Shown: positions 1 to 8,494 of the stretch, in pieces
Numbering within the stretch: the first letter of the stretch is position 1
Layout: every line of letters starts with the position of its first letter
Virus record (IMG/VR): IMGVR_UViG_3300005805_000215
Location: 1 to 37,442 of that record
DNA: 37,442 nucleotides
Direction: 5' to 3' (one strand)
From: a virus
Lineage: Duplodnaviria > Caudoviricetes
Made by a program: the position numbers and the translations under genes
Notes under the pieces: model-generated
Database searches by the model: none
Told to the model about the DNA's origin: nothing
Seen by the model: only the letters and a program-made list of their open reading frames with translations

Positions 1-1
1 G

Positions 2-127
2 CAGGGTCCGGTTGAGTCTATGCGTATGGATGAAGACGGCAATGTGCAGTATTTGATTTCGTGGACTGACAGCGATGAAGTGACTCAGTCGCGCTGGTTC
101 GATGAGGATCAACTGACGGCAGCATAA
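2..127 (+). CDS. 3' end of a small hypothetical protein (5'-truncated by the window)
   Basis: Open frame QGPVESMRMDEDGNVQYLISWTDSDEVTQSRWFDEDQLTAA ending at TAA 125-127, just before the next gene. Confidence 0.75.
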   Translation, partial: QGPVESMRMDEDGNVQYLISWTDSDEVTQSRWFDEDQLTAA

Positions 128-141
128 AAGGTTAAGGGCGC

Positions 142-1161
142 ATGTTTGGTATTACGACCTTTGCACAAGCGCCCTTTTCCGCACTGGGCGGGACAGTATT
201 CGCCGTTAATATAAGCGAAACAGTTAATGCTAGTGACACGGAAGCCGCAGTTGCAATATTTCCGGTTGCTTTAAGTGACACAATTACAGGTAGTGACGCA
301 GTTGCTGCGCAGTTTAATGTATTAGGTGCAGTTAGTGAAACAGTAATTAGTAGTGATACGAATGCAGCGCAGGCTGACTTCGTAAGTGCGATTAGTGAGT
401 CGTTGACGGGGTCTGAGTCTGTTGCAGCGCAAGTTGACTTTGTTGTAGCTGTTAGTGAGACTGCAAGTGGTAGTAGTACGGAAGCAGCGCAAGTTGATTT
501 TGCTGGTGCGATTAGTGAAACAGTAACAGGATCGGATACGGTAGCAGCGCAGTTCAACGTCAACGCAGCAGTAAGCGAGACAGTAAACAGCAGCAGTACA
601 GAAGCAGCGCAAGCAGATTTCTTAAGTGAGATAAGCGAAACTGCAAGCGGAAGTAGTACTGAGGCGGCACAGGTTGATTTTGTTGTAGCCGTAAGTGAAG
701 CAATTGCTGGTTCGGATACTGAGGCGGCGCAGGTTGATTTTGCTGGGGATGTATCGGAGACGGTCACTTGCTCTGAAGATGAGATTGTCTCGTTGGTGTT
801 CTTTGCTAACCAAGACGAAACCGCAGAAGCGTCTAGTGTAGAAGCGGCGGTGTTTGAGACAAGTTCAGCAGTTGACGAGTCGATAGTCTTTAGTGAGCAG
901 AATGCGGCGCAGGTTGATTTTGCTGTTTCGGTTAATGAGTCGGTTGTGTTGACCGAGGCGGAAGTAGCGGTTGCCACGTTTATTGCGGCAATGCTAGAGC
1001 AGGTCAGGTTCTCGGAAGTGTTCTTTGCCAGATTGCTGTGGGAGTTGATCCCTGATGACCAGATAGCAAATTGGCAAAATATGAACACTAGCGGGGGAAG
1101 CGGGTGGAGCAGTATCAATAGTGATACGGGCACCACGTGGAACAAGATAAATACGGTGTAA
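142..1161 (+). CDS. Acidic 20-aa-repeat protein, probably virion structural
   Basis: 339 aa; tandem units such as VDFVVAVSETASGSSTEAAQ; lies at the head of the tail gene cluster. Confidence 0.8.
   Translation: MFGITTFAQAPFSALGGTVFAVNISETVNASDTEAAVAIFPVALSDTITGSDAVAAQFNVLGAVSETVISSDTNAAQADFVSAISESLTGSESVAAQVDFVVAVSETASGSSTEAAQVDFAGAISETVTGSDTVAAQFNVNAAVSETVNSSSTEAAQADFLSEISETASGSSTEAAQVDFVVAVSEAIAGSDTEAAQVDFAGDVSETVTCSEDEIVSLVFFANQDETAEASSVEAAVFETSSAVDESIVFSEQNAAQVDFAVSVNESVVLTEAEVAVATFIAAMLEQVRFSEVFFARLLWELIPDDQIANWQNMNTSGGSGWSSINSDTGTTWNKINTV
190..1020 (+). repeat. About 14 degenerate 60-bp (20-aa) tandem coding repeats with a 240-bp higher-order duplication
   Basis: gcagcgca(a/g)g.tga.tt...gt.agtga recurs every 60 nt; units FNV/ADF/VDFVV/VDFAG at 301-540 recur in the same order at 541-780. 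Confidence 0.9.
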
Positions 1162-1164
1162 TCG

Positions 1165-1659
1165 ATGCCACTTGTAGTCGCAGATCGGGTAAAAGAAACA
1201 TCGACCACCTCTGGGCAGGGGACTATTACTCTTGCCGGTGCGGTAGCGGGGTTTCAGTCGTTCGCAGTTATTGGCAACGGCAACACCACCTACTACACTA
1301 TTGTTGACAACATCGCTAACACATGGGAAGTCGGGATCGGGACGTATACCTCATCTGGTACGACGTTATCGCGGGATACGGTGCTTTCGAACTCGTCGGG
1401 TACGACAGCAAAGATTAATTTTGCGGCAAATAGTAAAGATGTCTTTGTTACCTATCCGGCAAGTAAATCGGTATATGAAGATGAAGGGCAGGCGGTATAT
1501 CCGGGAGCAGGCACAGCGGCTATTTACTTGAACTCGCAGAATGTGACGGTCAATACGACTGTGGCTTCTGGCTACAACGGTATGAGTGCAGGTACGATCA
1601 CTGTGGCAAACGGTATAACGGTGACGGTGGCTAACGGCTCCCGCTGGGTGGTTGTGTAA
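1165..1659 (+). CDS. Tail-associated structural/adaptor protein
   Basis: 164 aa, Thr/Gly/Ser-rich and beta-like; C-terminal ~40-aa module ending GSRWVVV is shared with the next gene. Confidence 0.75.
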   Translation: MPLVVADRVKETSTTSGQGTITLAGAVAGFQSFAVIGNGNTTYYTIVDNIANTWEVGIGTYTSSGTTLSRDTVLSNSSGTTAKINFAANSKDVFVTYPASKSVYEDEGQAVYPGAGTAAIYLNSQNVTVNTTVASGYNGMSAGTITVANGITVTVANGSRWVVV

Positions 1660-1668
1660 GGACAAACT

Positions 1669-2418
1669 ATGGCGACTACGTACAACAACAATCTGCGGAT
1701 TGCAGAGATTGGCACAGGCGACCAAGCCGGTGTGTGGGGGGTTACGACCAACTACAACTTGGCAACACTAATAACTGAGGCTATTACTGGTGTTGTAAGC
1801 ATTACCGTTACAGGCAATCAAGCGTTACAAGCTTTAGATGGTTTAACTGATGAGGCAAGACAAGCGGTTCTGCTTTTAACGGGCACTCCGGTAGGTGCAT
1901 TTACGCTTTACACCCCACCGCTAGATAAAGTCTACATAGTTAAGAACAGCACCGGGCAGACGGCGACTATTTCTGCTGCTACCTTGGCTAATGGTACGAC
2001 CCCGACTGGCGGTACGACGGTTGCACTGCCTAATGGCTACACCACGATGGTGTACTGCGACGGCACCAATATCGTAGACTTCGGTAACTTGTATGCGTCT
2101 GGTAACGCCATTTTTAACGGTACGGGCGGTCTGCGTATCCCGGTAGGTAATACGGCACAGCAGGCAGGTGGTCAGGGTACGATCCGCTACAACACACAGC
2201 TGACCCGGTTCGAGGGCAATGATGGTACGGATTGGGGTAGTTTGGGTGGTGGGGCTACCGGTGGCGGCTCAGATGAGGTATTTTTCTTGAATGATCAGTC
2301 GGTGACGGTGAGCTACTCGATACCTTCTGCCAAGAATGCAATGACCACAGGGCCCATTACGATTGACAACGGCGTCACAGTCACTGTGCCTAGCGGTTCG
2401 CGCTGGGTTGTTCTATAA
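1669..2418 (+). CDS. Tail fibre proximal/adaptor protein
   Basis: 249 aa; contains GTIRYNTQLTRFEG, a motif typical of phage fibre shafts; C-terminal module ends GSRWVVL. Confidence 0.75.
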   Translation: MATTYNNNLRIAEIGTGDQAGVWGVTTNYNLATLITEAITGVVSITVTGNQALQALDGLTDEARQAVLLLTGTPVGAFTLYTPPLDKVYIVKNSTGQTATISAATLANGTTPTGGTTVALPNGYTTMVYCDGTNIVDFGNLYASGNAIFNGTGGLRIPVGNTAQQAGGQGTIRYNTQLTRFEGNDGTDWGSLGGGATGGGSDEVFFLNDQSVTVSYSIPSAKNAMTTGPITIDNGVTVTVPSGSRWVVL

Positions 2419-2427
2419 GAGGCGAAT

Positions 2428-3624
2428 ATGGCATCAGTTATTAAAGCGGGTAACGCAACAGACGGTGTACAGGTTACATCGGACAACACCGGGATACTGG
2501 AACTCAAGACGGGTACGGGGTCGGGTACGACTGCGATGACCGTAGGAACGGATCAGGCTGTCACCTTTGCTCAGGCTGCTAATTTACCGAATACGTTTGG
2601 CTTTAAGAACCGCATCATCAATGGTGCGATGGTGATAAACCAAAGGGCTGCATCAATTACTGCTACAGGATATTCCGTTGATAGATGGCAATATTCTTCA
2701 TCGCAATCGTCAAAAGCAACTATCGCACAAAGTTCTGTTGCGCCAGCGGGATTTATAAAATCATTAGGCGTTACTTCGTCCTCTGCCTACTCTGTTTTAT
2801 CTGGGGATTATTTTATTCTTCAGCAAGGTATTGAAGGCTTTAATGTTGCCGACCTTGGTTGGGGTGCTGCTGGCGCACAAACAGTCACATTGTCGTTTTG
2901 GGTGCGTAGCTCGCTGACCGGTACGTTTGGCGGTAATTTGGTCAACGGAAACAACACTCGCTCTTATCCATTTAGCTACACGATTTCTGCGGCAAATACT
3001 TGGGAACAAAAAACAATAACGATTCCCGGCGATACGACAGGCACTTGGGCTACTGATAATACCGCAGGTATGTATGTAACTTTTGGGCTTGGAGTAGGAA
3101 CTACGTATAGCGGAACTGCCGGGGCTTGGGGTAGCACTTTATATTTTTCAGTAACAGGCGCAGTCAGCGTAGTCGGAACCAACGGCGCAACCTTCTACAT
3201 CACCGGCGTACAACTAGAAAAAGGCAGCACAGCGACGAGCTTTGATTACAGACCGTATGGTACGGAGTTGTTGCTTTGCCAAAGATATTGCCAAGTGATT
3301 AGTGGTGCGGGGGTCAGTAATAACTATCAGCGAATTGGTTACGGTCCGGGAACGTCAACTTCGGGTGGACTTACGCAAGTTCAATTAAAAGCAACCATGC
3401 GAATTGCACCGACTTTGACAGCAACTGCTGCCAATACATTTACTGTCTTTGACGGCGTTACACTTACTACATTAACTAATTTGGTAATTGATGCTGCAAA
3501 TTCCCAAAATTTAGCTTATGTAGGTTGGACAGTTGCAGGAACACCAATAACAGCAACAAGAGCGTATGAATTGCTGTTCAACAATACAGCATCTGGTTCG
3601 TTTGCATTATCTGCGGAGCTATAA
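2428..3624 (+). CDS. Tail fibre / receptor-binding protein with putative carbohydrate-binding domain
   Basis: 398 aa; FKNRIINGAMVINQR...TLSFWVRS...ITGVQLEKGSTATSF...ELLLCQRY pattern of phage CBM-like fibre domains; followed by a chaperone-like gene. Confidence 0.75.
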   Translation: MASVIKAGNATDGVQVTSDNTGILELKTGTGSGTTAMTVGTDQAVTFAQAANLPNTFGFKNRIINGAMVINQRAASITATGYSVDRWQYSSSQSSKATIAQSSVAPAGFIKSLGVTSSSAYSVLSGDYFILQQGIEGFNVADLGWGAAGAQTVTLSFWVRSSLTGTFGGNLVNGNNTRSYPFSYTISAANTWEQKTITIPGDTTGTWATDNTAGMYVTFGLGVGTTYSGTAGAWGSTLYFSVTGAVSVVGTNGATFYITGVQLEKGSTATSFDYRPYGTELLLCQRYCQVISGAGVSNNYQRIGYGPGTSTSGGLTQVQLKATMRIAPTLTATAANTFTVFDGVTLTTLTNLVIDAANSQNLAYVGWTVAGTPITATRAYELLFNNTASGSFALSAEL

Positions 3625-3804
3625 ATGTACAAATTGCTCAAAGGCGGTATCGAAAACAAAGAGTACGGTGTGTTGCGTGATAACGGCGACGGTTCTATGA
3701 CTAGCTTTTGCTTCGACCCCGCAAACACAGACTACCAAGCCTATTTGAAGTTCTTGGAAGAAGGCGGTCAGCCATTGCCACCAGATGAAGGAGAATCCAA
3801 TTGA
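3625..3804 (+). CDS. Small tail-fibre assembly chaperone-like protein (59 aa, absent from ORF track)
   Basis: MYKLLKGGIENKEYGVLRDNGDGSMTSFCFDPANTDYQAYLKFLEEGGQPLPPDEGESN; ATG directly follows the upstream TAA and the stop overlaps the next start; DPANxDYQAYL motif is typical of small genes after fibres. Confidence 0.8.
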   Translation: MYKLLKGGIENKEYGVLRDNGDGSMTSFCFDPANTDYQAYLKFLEEGGQPLPPDEGESN

Positions 3805-5477
3805 GTACAGGGCTAAAGGCGAACTCAGACGGCAGCGCAGCTATACAGGTAGGCGGCACAGACGTTATTACGCTGACATCAGGTGGTGCTGCGACGTTTG
3901 TGACTAGCCCTACGACGGTACAAGCAGGAACAGCAGCGGCTCCGAGTATTACGTTCTCAGGCGATACGAATACGGGTATTTACTCTCCGGGTGCGGATAC
4001 GATTGCGTTCACCGAGGGTGGTGTTGAGTCGATGCGTATCGACTCCTCCGGCAACCTTGGGCTAGGGGTAACGCCGAGTAATTGGACGGGTATTGGAGCG
4101 TCCGTTTTTGAATTAGGTGCGGCTGGCGCAGCAGTAGTTGCAAATACTAGCGTTACTAACATATATCACAACACTATTTATAACGGTGGTGCATATCGTT
4201 ACGCTAGAACTGGAGCAGCAAATTACTATGAGCAATCTGGTGGGGTGAATCGCTGGTACATCGCCCCTTCCGGCACAGCAGGAAACGCTATCACCTTCAC
4301 CCAAGCAATGACGCTGGATGCGAGTGGAAACCTTAGTATTGGCACGACTTCGACAACAGGAAGGTTAAGAGTTCAAGGTGCGGTTGTAGACGCTGGTGAA
4401 GGTGATACCAATGTATTGCAATCCTTGTATAGCACTACTGCACAGGGCGCTGGGGTAGGCCCTTCTGTTTTGTTTGGTGCTGTATATGATGGTAGTGGTA
4501 GTTTTGCTGGAATGGGTTCTATAGCGGGAATCAAAGAAAACAGTACATCAGGAAACTATGCTGGCGCATTAAAGTTTATGACTCGCCCCAATGGGGGGAA
4601 TCTTACCGAACGCGTCCGTATTACCAGCGGTGGTTTTGTTGGGATTGGCATACAAAGCCCCGGTGCGCTGCTTGCAGTAAATGCAAGCGACAATTCTTAC
4701 AATGCAATTAATTGCGCTCATTCAGGTACTACTGCTGGTAATTTACAAGTCGCCTCCTCAAACGCTAGTTTGGCAGGAAATGTTATTGAATCTGTTGCCA
4801 CTAGAGCAGCAAACTCTGCATACAGCTTATTTTCCGGTTATTCCTCAAATGGTAGTGACCGTGAATTCAATCTTCGTGGCGATGGCAACGGCTACGCTGA
4901 TGGCACTTGGAACAACAACGGCGCTGACTACGCTGAATTCTTTGAGTCTGCTACAGGTACAGCATTGACGCTAGGCGCGACCGTAGTGTTAGATGGCAAT
5001 AAGGTTCGTGAAGCGACTGACCAAGACCCCGCGTCTGCAATTATGGGTGTGGTGCGTCCTAAAGAGCCAAGCAAAGCATCGATGGTCGTGGGTAATACCG
5101 CTTGGAACAAGTGGGCGAACAAGTACCTGACAGATGACTTTGACCGTTACATCATGGAAGACCACGATGTATTTGAGTGGACGGATGAGGAAGGTAATCT
5201 GAAAACCTACGAGTCGCACAACATTCCTGCTGGCGTGACTGTGCCTGATGATGCGGTGGTCAAGACACATGATGGCAATGGTAACAAGCTCCAGCACTAC
5301 AAGCTGAACCCTGCATGGAATCCTGATGCTGAGTACGTCAACCGCGAGAACCGTCCTGAGTGGATTATCGTGGGTTTAGTCGGTCAGGTGAAGATTCTCA
5401 AAGGTCAGCCCGTGAATGACCGCTGGATAAAAATGCGTGATGTTTCCGCAACTGTTGAAGAATGGATGATCCGATGA
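3801..5477 (+). CDS. Tail fibre/spike with C-terminal peptidase G2-like intramolecular chaperone domain
   Basis: 558 aa, TTG start after AAGGAG; repeated MRIDSSGNLGLG-type shaft motifs; GADYAEFFE ... EWIIVGLVGQVKI matches the autocleaving chaperone type of phage GA-1 neck appendage protein. Confidence 0.8.
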   Translation: MSTGLKANSDGSAAIQVGGTDVITLTSGGAATFVTSPTTVQAGTAAAPSITFSGDTNTGIYSPGADTIAFTEGGVESMRIDSSGNLGLGVTPSNWTGIGASVFELGAAGAAVVANTSVTNIYHNTIYNGGAYRYARTGAANYYEQSGGVNRWYIAPSGTAGNAITFTQAMTLDASGNLSIGTTSTTGRLRVQGAVVDAGEGDTNVLQSLYSTTAQGAGVGPSVLFGAVYDGSGSFAGMGSIAGIKENSTSGNYAGALKFMTRPNGGNLTERVRITSGGFVGIGIQSPGALLAVNASDNSYNAINCAHSGTTAGNLQVASSNASLAGNVIESVATRAANSAYSLFSGYSSNGSDREFNLRGDGNGYADGTWNNNGADYAEFFESATGTALTLGATVVLDGNKVREATDQDPASAIMGVVRPKEPSKASMVVGNTAWNKWANKYLTDDFDRYIMEDHDVFEWTDEEGNLKTYESHNIPAGVTVPDDAVVKTHDGNGNKLQHYKLNPAWNPDAEYVNRENRPEWIIVGLVGQVKILKGQPVNDRWIKMRDVSATVEEWMIR

Positions 5478-5511
5478 AACACGAAGTCGCAGCATTGAAA
5501 GGAATATAACC

Positions 5512-6357
5512 ATGCCACTCGTACTAGACGGCACAAACGGAGTCAGCGGCGTAGATGGTACTGCGTCCAACCCCGCAATAGAAGGCACAGACAGCAACAC
5601 GGGCATCTTCTACCCTGCTGCGGATACTTGGGCAGTAGCTACGGGTGGTACGGAAGCGTTGCGGGTTACGTCAGCGCAGAACGTGGGGATTGGTACATCT
5701 ACACCAGCAACCATATCGAACAGAACCGTTTTGTCGATTAATAACGCAAGTAACGGCGGCGCATTAAATTTATTGGTCAATGGAACAGAAACATTACGAC
5801 TGCTGACTGACAACTCATCTTTTGGTTACGTTTATAACGTAGCTAACCAGCCTCTACTCTTTGGCACAAACAACACCGAACGTATGCGGATTAGCGCATC
5901 AGGGCAAGTAACAAAGCCAAACCAACCAGCGTTTTTAGCTACAAGAGATTCTGGCAACCAAACTGGTTTGACAACAGGTAGCGATTTAATTTTTGCGTCT
6001 GAAGTATATGACGAAGGTTCAAATTACAACGCATCTACCGGAGTATTTACTGCACCTGTAACAGGTAAATATCTATTTACTTGCACAGCTTTATTTACAG
6101 CAATTACCAACGGTCAAGAAATAGATGTTGCATTGATAACTTCAAATAGGACTTTTTTCTTTGGTAACCCCGGAAGGCTAGAGGTTTCAACAGGGGTGAC
6201 ATTTGGCGATGGCTACATATCTTATGGTATTTCTCAAATTGTAGATATGGACGCAAACGATACTGCTTATTGTGAAGTTGCAAGTGTTAGTAGTGGAACT
6301 ATTGCGCTGTATTCAGGTGCTACTTGGACTCGTTTTGCTGGATATTTACTTGGTTAA
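5512..6357 (+). CDS. Tail fibre with C-terminal C1q-like domain
   Basis: 281 aa; QPAFLA...LIFASEVYDEGSNYNASTGVFTAPVTGKYLF...TRFAGYLLG follows the C1q signature; N-terminal GTASNPAI..DSNTGIFYP motif is shared with the previous fibre. Confidence 0.8.
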   Translation: MPLVLDGTNGVSGVDGTASNPAIEGTDSNTGIFYPAADTWAVATGGTEALRVTSAQNVGIGTSTPATISNRTVLSINNASNGGALNLLVNGTETLRLLTDNSSFGYVYNVANQPLLFGTNNTERMRISASGQVTKPNQPAFLATRDSGNQTGLTTGSDLIFASEVYDEGSNYNASTGVFTAPVTGKYLFTCTALFTAITNGQEIDVALITSNRTFFFGNPGRLEVSTGVTFGDGYISYGISQIVDMDANDTAYCEVASVSSGTIALYSGATWTRFAGYLLG

Positions 6358-6368
6358 AAGGAATGAAA

Positions 6369-6650
6369 ATGGCTATTCAAATCACAATTTCAATTAGTGA
6401 CGTTGACCAAAAAGTGTTGCTTAACGATTTAGCGGACATAGAGCAATGGGTTAACGAAGCTGTAACAGGAAAAATCGACAACTGTTTTAAACGTATGCGT
6501 TCTGATTGGGTACAGCGGCTGATGAATGATCCTTCATTTACAGATCCTATACCAAGTAACAAAGAAGATTTTATAAATCTGGTTGTATCGTTGCCGCAAT
6601 ATCAGGATAGAAACACCCGCGAAGCCGCAGCACTAAAGGCACAACCATGA
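6369..6650 (+). CDS. Hypothetical protein, possible fibre chaperone
   Basis: 93 aa from ATG 6369 (AAAGGA upstream); the track start at 6324 overlaps the previous gene and is less likely. Confidence 0.7.
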   Translation: MAIQITISISDVDQKVLLNDLADIEQWVNEAVTGKIDNCFKRMRSDWVQRLMNDPSFTDPIPSNKEDFINLVVSLPQYQDRNTREAAALKAQP

Positions 6651-6793
6651 AATTCGAACTAGACCAAAACGAAGCGCAGTTTATCGTACAGGTAATCGGC
6701 AACCTGCCAACGCAGTCAGGAGCGCATCCTCTGTGGCAGAAGCTGGTAGCACAGTTTAACGAGCAAGTACCCAAGCCGGAGGAAGTAAATTGA
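6647..6793 (+). CDS. Small hypothetical protein (48 aa, absent from ORF track)
   Basis: MKFELDQNEAQFIVQVIGNLPTQSGAHPLWQKLVAQFNEQVPKPEEVN; ATGA overlap with the upstream stop; fills the gap exactly. Confidence 0.75.
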   Translation: MKFELDQNEAQFIVQVIGNLPTQSGAHPLWQKLVAQFNEQVPKPEEVN

Positions 6794-7475
6794 CCCGCTA
6801 ACGCTACTCGCTGCGGCTAACGCGGCTGTCGCTGCTGTAAAAAAGGGTTGCCAACTCTATAAAGAGATCAAAGGCGCAGCGGGGGATGTCAGTGGGGTGC
6901 TGAAAGACTTAAAGGAACAGTACAACAAGATCGTTGACCCAACCCCGCAGCAGAAAATGCAGTACAACGCCGAGGTTGAGCGAGTTCAGCAGATAGCCAA
7001 GACGGATGCGCACGATGTATATACCGACATTGGTGAGCACTTAGGTAAGTTGATGGACGCGCATGACGCGATTGGCAAGTTGTTGTTGAAGGAGCAGTTG
7101 GAAGCTAAACAGGTTTACAAGGGCGAAGAAAGTGTGGGTAAGCGCGCGTTGCGTCGGATACTGATTACGTCACGGCTAGATGCCATATGGACAGAGATCA
7201 GAGAGACAATGGTGTACCAATCCCCGCCGGAGTTAGGCGCGTTGTGGGGTAAGTTTGATGAGATGCGACAGCAAATTCTTGCAGAGCAGGAGGTAGCCCA
7301 CGAGGAAGAAATTAGACAAGCGCAGATAGCATCATGGCGACGCAGAAGAAGAATAGCGGAAGTCCGGGCAAAGGCAATGTGGGTTTCGGCAGTACTCTTC
7401 GTAATAGCATGGGCGGTGGGACTAATGTGGCTGACAACAAGAAGCATGATTACGAGAACGTCCCTTGGTCACTGA
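6789..7475 (+). CDS. Coiled-coil protein with C-terminal transmembrane helix at the start of the lysis region; probable ATT start
   Basis: Frame is open 36 codons upstream of the track start (6897) back to ATT 6789, which is preceded by GGAGGA and an in-frame TAA; C-terminal AMWVSAVLFVIAWAVGLMWL follows RRRRR. Confidence 0.7.
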   Translation: MDPLTLLAAANAAVAAVKKGCQLYKEIKGAAGDVSGVLKDLKEQYNKIVDPTPQQKMQYNAEVERVQQIAKTDAHDVYTDIGEHLGKLMDAHDAIGKLLLKEQLEAKQVYKGEESVGKRALRRILITSRLDAIWTEIRETMVYQSPPELGALWGKFDEMRQQILAEQEVAHEEEIRQAQIASWRRRRRIAEVRAKAMWVSAVLFVIAWAVGLMWLTTRSMITRTSLGH

Positions 7476-7639
7476 TTGTCGTAGTGCTGGCAGTTGTGCT
7501 GATGTTCTTTATCGTGATGCCGGTCTTAGCGTTTATGTATTACGACATGTACTACGCCACCCAAGCGGCGGTGCATGAGGTGAGGAAGATGCGGGAGCTG
7601 CGCAAAGAGATACAGATTGAGAGGATGTACGGACAATGA
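7334..7639 (+). CDS. Single-pass membrane protein, holin/antiholin candidate (start uncertain)
   Basis: Hydrophobic WSLIVVVLAVVLMFFIVMPVLAFM segment, charged C-terminus; ATGA-coupled to the endolysin. Confidence 0.65.
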   Translation: MATQKKNSGSPGKGNVGFGSTLRNSMGGGTNVADNKKHDYENVPWSLIVVVLAVVLMFFIVMPVLAFMYYDMYYATQAAVHEVRKMRELRKEIQIERMYGQ

Positions 7640-8289
7640 TCACGCTGGCACAGTTCAAGAAGTTCGCACCCAATACCAAATACGCCCAGCAGTGGTACGA
7701 CACGCTATTCGGCCCACAGACTGAATTAGGCGGCAAGTCTCTGCTAGAAGAGTATCAGATCAACACCACCAAGCGCGTTGCGGCTTTCCTAGCCCAATGT
7801 GGGCATGAGTCGGGCGGCTTTGTGTTTGTCACAGAGAACCTGAACTACAGCGCATCAGGACTCATGCGCGTGTTCCCCAAGTACTTCCCAACCCTTGAGC
7901 TTGCCAAGCAGTACGAGCGCAACCCGAAAAAGATCGCCAGCCGTGTGTACGCTAACCGGATGGGTAACGGGGATGAGGCAAGTGAACAGGGCTGGCTGTA
8001 CCGGGGCAGGGGAATTCTCCAGCTGACGGGCAAGGATAATTATTTTTGGTTTGGTGCGTCGCTTGATTTAACGCCGGAGCAAGCGTCGGAATACTTGGAG
8101 ACCTTCGAGGGCGCGGCACAGAGCGCCTGCTGGTTCTGGGAGACTAATAAGCTGAACAAGCTGTGCGACGCGAATGATTTTAAAGGCTTAACCCGTGCGA
8201 TTAACGGTGGCTATATCGGATTGGAAGACAGGGAGCATCACTATGAGATTGCGTTGGCTATGCTTAATAACGGTAGTCGTCTGGCTTAG
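7636..8289 (+). CDS. Endolysin, glycoside hydrolase family 19 (chitinase-like muramidase)
   Basis: AAFLAQCGHESGGF...ENLNYS...YRGRGILQLTGKDNY...TRAINGG motifs of phage GH19 lysins. Confidence 0.93.
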   Translation: MITLAQFKKFAPNTKYAQQWYDTLFGPQTELGGKSLLEEYQINTTKRVAAFLAQCGHESGGFVFVTENLNYSASGLMRVFPKYFPTLELAKQYERNPKKIASRVYANRMGNGDEASEQGWLYRGRGILQLTGKDNYFWFGASLDLTPEQASEYLETFEGAAQSACWFWETNKLNKLCDANDFKGLTRAINGGYIGLEDREHHYEIALAMLNNGSRLA

Positions 8290-8494
8290 TGGGTGTGATC
8301 AGTACCGATATCCTTGCCAAAATCCCGAAAATTGGGAAAAGAAAGAATGCAAGAGACCGTACTGTAGTAGCACCGGCACCTGTCCAGACCAGCTTGTAAA
8401 ACCTGAAGATGCAAAGGTAGAAACCAATGAACCCGCTAAAGTTGATCAGCCAGTTCCTTGCGCTAACACAGGAACAACACGATGCGGTAATTAA
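8243..8494 (+). CDS. Cys-rich lipoprotein in the lysis cassette
   Basis: From ATG 8243 (GGGAG upstream): MRLRWLCLITVVVWLSG|CDQYRYPCQNPENW...; lipobox LSGC. Confidence 0.75.
   Translation: MRLRWLCLITVVVWLSGCDQYRYPCQNPENWEKKECKRPYCSSTGTCPDQLVKPEDAKVETNEPAKVDQPVPCANTGTTRCGN

Noticed and set aside
190-1020. CRISPR array or DGR template suggested by 60-bp periodicity
   Set aside because: Repeats are degenerate at synonymous positions, in frame and lack unique spacers; no cas operon or reverse transcriptase is present.
132-1208. 358-aa antisense ORF over the repeat gene
   Set aside because: Mirror of the repetitive + strand gene, whose codon bias avoids antisense stops; it opposes the operon direction.
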